A stretch of DNA of 64,000 nt from Acidiferrobacterales bacterium (GTDB lineage: Bacteria > Pseudomonadota > Gammaproteobacteria > Acidiferrobacterales > JAJDNE01), in NCBI GenBank assembly GCA_022340825.1, contig JAJDNE010000023.1, positions 9,761 to 73,760 on the forward strand, written 5' to 3'. How positions within the stretch are numbered: position 1 is the stretch's first letter; each line of letters begins with the position of its first letter. Positions 58,048 through 64,000 of the stretch are shown in pieces. Under the pieces are notes generated by a model. The model did not search any database. It saw nothing but the letters and a program-made list of their open reading frames with translations, and was not told the origin of the DNA. The position numbers were made by a program, and so were the translations under genes.

Positions 58048-58515
58048 ATGAAGTACTGGTTAATGAAATCCGAACCAGAAGAATTCAGTATCGATGACCT
58101 GAAAAAGCGGCCAAAAAAGACCGAGCATTGGGACGGGGTACGCAACTACCAGGCACGCAACTTCATGCGTGACGACATGAAACTGGGTGACCGGGTGTTT
58201 TTTTATCACTCCAACTGTGACGAGCCCGGTATCGTTGGAATCGCCGAAGTCGTCAGGGAAGGCTATCCAGACTTTACCGCATGGGATCCCAACGACAAGC
58301 ACTACGACCCGAAGACCGATCCGGAAAATCCGCGCTGGATGATGGTTGATATCCGGTTTGTCCGGAAATTTGCCAATACCATTAGCCTCAAGGCACTTAA
58401 GGCGAATCCGGCGATAAAAGACATGCGCCTGATCCAGCGTGGCAACCGTCTGTCGGTGATGCCGGTAGAGAAAAAGGAATGGCAGGAAATCCTGAAGATG
58501 GAGAAATCAACATGA
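58048..58515 (+). CDS. EVE (PUA-like) domain protein
   Basis: The N-terminus MKYWLMKSEPEEFSIDDL...WDGVRNYQARNFMR is the canonical EVE-domain signature. Confidence 0.8.
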   Translation: MKYWLMKSEPEEFSIDDLKKRPKKTEHWDGVRNYQARNFMRDDMKLGDRVFFYHSNCDEPGIVGIAEVVREGYPDFTAWDPNDKHYDPKTDPENPRWMMVDIRFVRKFANTISLKALKANPAIKDMRLIQRGNRLSVMPVEKKEWQEILKMEKST

Positions 58516-59096
58516 AAAAACTGTTATCAACGTTATTGGCAATATACCTGGCTTTTACTGCCGTCGCTGGCGCCACAGCTCCAGCGAATCCGACTGTACG
58601 CCTGACCACCAACATGGGGGTGATCGAGCTCGAGCTCTTTCGTGACAAGGCACCGAACAGCGTCGATAACTTTTTGCGCTACGTAAAATCCGGCCACTAC
58701 AACGGCACCATCTTTCATCGGGTAATCAGGGGCTTCATGATCCAGGGTGGTGGCTATCTCTACAATATGCAGGAAAAGCCCACTCGCGCCCCGATACAGA
58801 ATGAGGCTGATAATGGTCTGAAAAATGTTACCGGCACCATCGCCATGGCTCGTACGCCTGACCCGCATTCAGCGACGTCCCAATTCTTTATTAATACTGT
58901 CGATAACGTCTCGCTCGATTACTACGCGAAGTCGGCGCAGGGTTGGGGCTATGCCGTATTTGGCAAAGTGACCCGCGGCATGGATGTGGTCAGAAAAATC
59001 GAGAGTACGGCAACCCGGTCGTTTGGCTATTTCCAGAATGTACCGGCAAAACCAATTGTGATTGAAAAGGCTGAATTACTGCCCGGCAAGAAATAG
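58512..59096 (+). CDS. ppiA: Periplasmic cyclophilin-type peptidyl-prolyl isomerase
   Basis: Signal peptide MKKLLSTLLAIYLAFTAVAGA and the cyclophilin core FHRVIRGFMIQGGG. Confidence 0.85.
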   Translation: MKKLLSTLLAIYLAFTAVAGATAPANPTVRLTTNMGVIELELFRDKAPNSVDNFLRYVKSGHYNGTIFHRVIRGFMIQGGGYLYNMQEKPTRAPIQNEADNGLKNVTGTIAMARTPDPHSATSQFFINTVDNVSLDYYAKSAQGWGYAVFGKVTRGMDVVRKIESTATRSFGYFQNVPAKPIVIEKAELLPGKK

Positions 59097-59113
59097 AGGC
59101 CAGTTTGCCAGCG

Positions 59114-60631
59114 CTAACCGAGAAACAGCTTGTAGGCGGGGTTACCGGTCTCTTCGGTATAGTCATAGCCGAGTCGGTCCAGAAATTCCTTGAATTCCTT
59201 TTTCTCGTTCATCGGCACTTGCATGCCCACCAGCACCCGGCCGAAGTCGGCACCGTGATTGCGATAATGGAATAGCGAGATGTTCCAGCGCCGCCCCATG
59301 GTATTGAGGAAGTTCATCAATGCGCCCGGTCGCTCCGGGAACATGAAGCGGTAGACGATTTCGTCGATGGCGTTGGTCGCGTGACCACCAACCATATGGC
59401 GGATATGAAGCTTTGCCATTTCATTGTCGGTCATATCAACTGGTTTGTATCCATGCTTGCGCAGCGCGGACATCAGCTGTTTTTCCTCTTTCTGATCGTG
59501 AATCTGCACACCAACAAAGATGTGTGCCTGCGCCGGATCATCATAACGGTAATTGAATTCAGTAATGCCACGATTGCCGATGGTGGCGCAGAACTTTTTG
59601 AAGCTGCCCGGTTTCTCCGGAATGGTGACCGCCAGTACCGCTTCGCGTCGCTCGCCAACCTCGGCGCGCTCGGCGACATGGCGCAAGCGATCAAAATTGA
59701 CGTTGGCCCCCGAGGCAATCACGACCAGGTCGCGATTCTTTACTTTATGTTTTGCTACCCAAGCCTTTAGGCCGGCCATAGCAAGTGCACCGGCAGGCTC
59801 CAGGATCGAGCGGCGGTCTTCAAAGATATCTTTTATTGCGGCACAGACCTCGTCGTTACTGACAACGATGACTTCATCAATCACCTGTTTGGCCAGCCTG
59901 AAGGTTTCACTGCCCACCTGGCGCACGGCAGTACCGTCAACAAACGTATTGACGTGGTCCAGCATGATGCGCTTGCCGGCAGTTAGTGATTTCTCCATGG
60001 CATCGCAGTCTTCGGCTTCCACGCCGATGACCTTGATCTCCGGGCGCAGTGCCTTGATATAGGCACCGATACCGCTGATTAGACCTCCACCGCCAACGGG
60101 CACAAACACCGCCTCCAGCTCCTGCGGATGCTGCTTCAGGATCTCGAAACCAATGGTGCCCTGGCCGGCAATGACATCAGGGTCGTCGAAAGGATGAATG
60201 AAAGTCATCTGTTTCTGTTCACAGATGCCTTTTGCATGTTCCCAGGCAGCGTCGTAGTTGTCGCCGTGCAACACAACACGGGCGCCGTAGTTGCGAACGG
60301 CGTTTACCTTGATCTCCGGCGTGGTGCGCGGCATGACAACGATGGCCTTTGTCTTCAATCGCTGCGCCGCGAATGCAACACCCTGGGCATGGTTACCGGC
60401 ACTGGCGCAGATAACGCCGCGCTTTAATACCTCGCGCGGCAGCCCGGCCATCTTGTTGTAGGCGCCCCGGATCTTGAAAGAAAATACCGGCTGCTCGTCC
60501 TCACGTTTGAGAAAAACGGTATTGCCGGTGCGCTTTGACAGCAACGGTGCAGGCTCCAGCGGCGTCTCGTGGGCAACATCGTAGACGTGGCTGGTAAGTA
60601 TCTTCTTTAAGTATTTATCCGGCATGGGCAT
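59114..60631 (-). CDS. ilvA: Biosynthetic threonine ammonia-lyase (threonine dehydratase)
   Basis: PLP-lysine motif SFKIRGA, the glycine loop GGGGLISG, and two C-terminal ACT-like regulatory repeats. 505 aa. Confidence 0.9.
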   Translation of the reverse strand: MPMPDKYLKKILTSHVYDVAHETPLEPAPLLSKRTGNTVFLKREDEQPVFSFKIRGAYNKMAGLPREVLKRGVICASAGNHAQGVAFAAQRLKTKAIVVMPRTTPEIKVNAVRNYGARVVLHGDNYDAAWEHAKGICEQKQMTFIHPFDDPDVIAGQGTIGFEILKQHPQELEAVFVPVGGGGLISGIGAYIKALRPEIKVIGVEAEDCDAMEKSLTAGKRIMLDHVNTFVDGTAVRQVGSETFRLAKQVIDEVIVVSNDEVCAAIKDIFEDRRSILEPAGALAMAGLKAWVAKHKVKNRDLVVIASGANVNFDRLRHVAERAEVGERREAVLAVTIPEKPGSFKKFCATIGNRGITEFNYRYDDPAQAHIFVGVQIHDQKEEKQLMSALRKHGYKPVDMTDNEMAKLHIRHMVGGHATNAIDEIVYRFMFPERPGALMNFLNTMGRRWNISLFHYRNHGADFGRVLVGMQVPMNEKKEFKEFLDRLGYDYTEETGNPAYKLFLG

Positions 60632-60717
60632 AATCTACCAGACTAAAAGTGCTAGAGCGAAGAAAGACTGCCGTGGACCTTTGTCTGACGAGCAGTCCAT
60701 GACCAGAGAGAACACTG

Positions 60718-61374
60718 ATGACTCAAGATGAACTGAAGAAGGCCGTCGCGCTGGCGGCGCTGGATTACGTCGAAGCTGGCAGCATTATTGGTGTCGGCAC
60801 CGGTTCGACGGCGAACCATTTTATTGATGGACTGGCGAGTATCAAGGGCAAGATTGATGGCACTGTCGCCAGCTCCGAAGCCTCTGCCGAACGCCTCAAG
60901 GGTCATGGCATCCGGGTTATGGACCTGAACGAGGCCGGTCAGCTGGGGCTCTATGTTGATGGTGCCGACGAATCCACCAAACACCTTCACCTGATCAAGG
61001 GTGGTGGTGGCGCACTAACCCGGGAAAAGATTGTTGCCGCCGCCAGTGACAAGTTCGTCTGCATCGCCGATGAGTCGAAACTGGTAGACATCCTTGGTCA
61101 GTTTCCGCTGCCGGTCGAGGTGATTCCGATGGCGCGCAGTTATGTCGCGCGCGAAATAGTGAAGCTTGGTGGTGAGCCGGTATTACGAACCGGGTTTATT
61201 ACCGACAACGGCAACGTCATTCTCGATGTCCACAACCTGGAAATCCTCAACCCGGTAGAGCTGGAAACCAGGCTGAACGGCATTACCGGTGTTGTCACCA
61301 ACGGGCTGTTCGCCTGCCGCCCTGCCGATGTATTGCTACTTGGTTGTGCGGATGGCGTTAAAACCTTGACCTGA
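60718..61374 (+). CDS. rpiA: Ribose-5-phosphate isomerase A
   Basis: [13 protein letters not shown] and [11 protein letters not shown] motifs. 218 aa. Confidence 0.9.
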   Translation: MTQDELKKAVALAALDYVEAGSIIGVGTGSTANHFIDGLASIKGKIDGTVASSEASAERLKGHGIRVMDLNEAGQLGLYVDGADESTKHLHLIKGGGGALTREKIVAAASDKFVCIADESKLVDILGQFPLPVEVIPMARSYVAREIVKLGGEPVLRTGFITDNGNVILDVHNLEILNPVELETRLNGITGVVTNGLFACRPADVLLLGCADGVKTLT

Positions 61375-62304
61375 GCCAGTCTGCGCTCGGGTTGTAACGG
61401 CACCACTACCGCTGCGATCGTCCAGCTTCGTTTGCAACCGTAACTGGTTCCGGTATTCCCTGCGCTTGTTATAAAAGTAGCGTTCGCGCTCGACCTCCCG
61501 CAATTGCATGGCGTAAGTCTCGGTCAGGTCATACCAACGATGGATGCGCTGTTCGAACTGTTCCGGCCTGTTTCGCTTTTGGCTATGCTCCAGGTATGCC
61601 TGCAACGCCATATAGGACCTGACCACGTTTCGCTCAATCACCGCCTGCAGACCTTTTATATAAACCGGTTTTCCCCGGGTATCGAACCCGGTCACCGAAA
61701 AGCCTATCTTGTCGCGAGCGAAAGTGCGCAAATAAGCCTGGGTTGCCATGTTGCTGATGCGGCTCCCCTGATAGGAAGATGACACCCGCACCAGGGTGCG
61801 CTGCTGATACGGCGCCACTTCGGTCAATACGTGGTAATTGCTACTACCCATGATGCCCTTTTGGGCATCAAGGGCCATCGCCATATAGTCGGGTGAACGC
61901 TTGCTAACCTGATGTAACGGCTCAATGCTAAGTGATCGATACGGTGGCGTGTACCCTTTGCCAGCTACGTAGATCTTCAAACTGGCAGCGTCGCCAATTC
62001 CCTCATATGTGCACGCCTTAACGTTAAGATTGAGTAAAAGGAATTCGCACACCGACCGGGGGGCGGCGAGCGACGCTGCCACTCGCTGAAACGGCTGGTT
62101 TATGACGCCGAATACATCCACGTCGAGCCGACCGTCCACTTCAACCGAACTGATATGCAGCGGCATCGTCGTTACAACGGGCTTGAGATTGGCAGAGAAC
62201 TCCTGATACCGGGAGACCAGTTGCTGATGCTCGGGACTGCTGGCACTGGTGATGACAGGACATGCCGACAGCAGCAGGATTGCTATGAGTGCTCTTTGGC
62301 GCAT
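61336..62304 (-). CDS. Hypothetical lipoprotein
   Basis: Lipobox LLLSAC at residues 10-15. 322 aa with no recognised domain. The 3' end overlaps the rpiA 3' end by 39 nt (convergent). Confidence 0.55.
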   Translation of the reverse strand: MRQRALIAILLLSACPVITSASSPEHQQLVSRYQEFSANLKPVVTTMPLHISSVEVDGRLDVDVFGVINQPFQRVAASLAAPRSVCEFLLLNLNVKACTYEGIGDAASLKIYVAGKGYTPPYRSLSIEPLHQVSKRSPDYMAMALDAQKGIMGSSNYHVLTEVAPYQQRTLVRVSSSYQGSRISNMATQAYLRTFARDKIGFSVTGFDTRGKPVYIKGLQAVIERNVVRSYMALQAYLEHSQKRNRPEQFEQRIHRWYDLTETYAMQLREVERERYFYNKRREYRNQLRLQTKLDDRSGSGAVTTRAQTGSGQGFNAIRTTK

Positions 62305-62386
62305 CAGCCCGCCCCTGTACCTTGATATCGAATCACAAGCGTAACATTGTAACCGGTAAACAGGATTTCAATAGCGGTGGCCAGAT

Positions 62387-62986
62387 TCAGCGCCGGGTGA
62401 ATTCCCAGCGCAGCAAATACAAGGCAAACACATCGTAAACCGCATGACCGGCCATGGGGATCAGCAGGTTGCCTGATGTCTCGTAGAGAAAACCAAAATA
62501 CAGACCAATCGCGGTGGCCATGACAAAATAGGCCGGCGTCAGGGCATGCAACAAACCGAAAACAGCTGCTGAGCCAATGATGCCAATATAGGATTGCAGC
62601 AGTCCACGAAAAAACATTTCCTCCGCTATCCCGGCGGCAGTCGACAACAAAACGATATCCATCGTTGTCAGCGCCAGCATAGTGGGCCCAAGCATTTTTT
62701 GCAGACGCCCGGTAATGCTGGTCATTGCCCGCTGGACCCAACCCAGCCGGCTTACCGGACCGACGGAAGCAATGAGTACAAGCAGGGCGATTGGCACCGC
62801 TGACAGCACGCCAAGCAACAGGTGCTCGGCAGTCAACGAAAAACCAAAAGGAAACAGGCTGCGATCGGTGAGGCTGGTGACAATGACAGATATCACTATT
62901 AGAACCAGCTCGGTCAGGTAGAGTGAGACGAGAAAACGCGTCCGTGTCATCACTTTCGAATTTACCCGCTCCGGCTGATTATCCAT
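62387..62986 (-). CDS. CPBP family intramembrane glutamic endopeptidase (CAAX protease/Abi-like)
   Basis: Motif 1 EEMFFRG, motif 2 FGLLHAL, motif 3 HAVYD. Start chosen at the ATG preceded by AAGGAG, overlapping the ATPase stop. Confidence 0.75.
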   Translation of the reverse strand: MDNQPERVNSKVMTRTRFLVSLYLTELVLIVISVIVTSLTDRSLFPFGFSLTAEHLLLGVLSAVPIALLVLIASVGPVSRLGWVQRAMTSITGRLQKMLGPTMLALTTMDIVLLSTAAGIAEEMFFRGLLQSYIGIIGSAAVFGLLHALTPAYFVMATAIGLYFGFLYETSGNLLIPMAGHAVYDVFALYLLRWEFTRR

Positions 62987-64000
62987 CCACAGTCTCCTTG
63001 TAGATCCAGCCCCTGCGTCGTGCCCATTTTTCCAGTTCAACGACGACAAACACAACCGATGACATGGCAAAGCAGACAGTCAGCTCAAACAGCGTCAGTG
63101 GTTCCGTTTTAAAAATCGGATTCAGCGAGGGCACATATATGGTAGACAACTGCAGGCCAATGGTCAGCAAGACTACAAATAATAACGGTGCGTTGGTAAA
63201 AAGACCTTGCGTGAACAGCGAGTCACGCTCTGAACGTATTGCCATGATCTGGCCGAGCTGTGAAAGGGTCAGCACGGTAAAGACCATGGTCTGCCAGTGG
63301 CCATGGCCGGACTCGATCGCCCAGGCCATGGTACCGAGTGAAACACCACCCATGAGCAACCCAACCCACAGAATATGATGCCACATACCGTGGGCAAAAA
63401 TACTTTCATTGGGTGGTCTCGGTGGACGTTGCATGATGCCACGCTCTTCCTTCTCGGTGACCAGCGCAAGACCGGGCAATCCGTCGGTTACGAGATTGAT
63501 CCAGAGTATGTGAATAGGTAATAGCGGGATTGGCAAACCCAGGAACGGTGCCAGAAATATGGTCCAGATTTCTGCCGAGTTACAGGTCATCGCGTACTTG
63601 ATAAATTTGCGAATGTTGTCGAAGATGCGGCGACCTTCACGCACCGCGCGGACGATGGTGGCAAAATTATCATCAAGCAGAATCATGTGGCCCGCCTCCT
63701 TGGCCACGTCAGTTCCGCTAATGCCCATAGCGACACCAATATTGGCGCGTCGTAATGCCGGCGCGTCATTTACGCCATCACCGGTCATCGCGACATATTC
63801 ACCTTTATCCTGCAGCGCCCTGACCAGCTTGATTTTCTGTTCCGGGGCCATGCGCGCATAAACGCGCACCCGTTCCACATGCTCTTCAAACTCCGCCAGT
63901 TCCAGTTTGTCCAGCTGCTGACCGGTTAACACCTGTTCCCCGTTCTTGATAATCCCGAGACGCTCCGCAATCGCTGTCGCTGTCGCCGGGTGATCCCCGG
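62979..64000 (-). CDS. P2-type cation-transporting ATPase, C-terminal part (5' end beyond window)
   Basis: The frame is open to the window edge (…GDHPATATAIAERLGII…). Hinge motif MTGDGVNDAPAL and C-terminal TM helices. Confidence 0.85.
   Translation of the reverse strand, partial: GDHPATATAIAERLGIIKNGEQVLTGQQLDKLELAEFEEHVERVRVYARMAPEQKIKLVRALQDKGEYVAMTGDGVNDAPALRRANIGVAMGISGTDVAKEAGHMILLDDNFATIVRAVREGRRIFDNIRKFIKYAMTCNSAEIWTIFLAPFLGLPIPLLPIHILWINLVTDGLPGLALVTEKEERGIMQRPPRPPNESIFAHGMWHHILWVGLLMGGVSLGTMAWAIESGHGHWQTMVFTVLTLSQLGQIMAIRSERDSLFTQGLFTNAPLLFVVLLTIGLQLSTIYVPSLNPIFKTEPLTLFELTVCFAMSSVVFVVVELEKWARRRGWIYKETVDG

Overview
This 64 kb window looks like core chromosome from a moderately GC-rich gammaproteobacterium. 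That placement rests on synteny blocks: lptD-surA-pdxA-rsmA with divergent amgK-murU, glyQ-glyS, glnA-ntrB-ntrC, ygfB-pepP-ubiH-ubiI, and zapA-6S RNA-5-formyl-THF cyclo-ligase. About 60 protein genes can be supported from motifs. They include two partial P-type ATPases at the window edges, acs with an acetate-type symporter cluster, a split class II ribonucleotide reductase behind tandem NrdR boxes, fbaB, ilvA and rpiA. I see no rRNA, tRNA, CRISPR array, transposase, integrase, prophage or recognisable defence island. I therefore cannot point to a clear-cut new multi-gene system. The least-explained sequence is three long, ORF-free, AT-rich intergenic tracts (26.7-27.2 kb, 43.0-43.3 kb, 51.1-51.8 kb). 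Each carries a terminator-like hairpin with no gene to terminate, so each is a candidate for an unannotated small or structured RNA. The 51.4-51.8 kb candidate is the strongest. Other items worth follow-up:
- a 62% lysine protein encoded by 12/24-nt tandem repeats
- a possible lysine-rich N-terminal extension on GlyS
- a cNMP/CBS nucleotidyltransferase coupled to a DEDDh exonuclease beside the acetate symporter
- an orphan CbbQ/CbbO-type AAA+/VWA pair
- a translationally coupled PP-loop ATPase, TusA-like protein and CDF transporter

All calls come from reading the sequence and translations by eye. No database search or folding computation was run.
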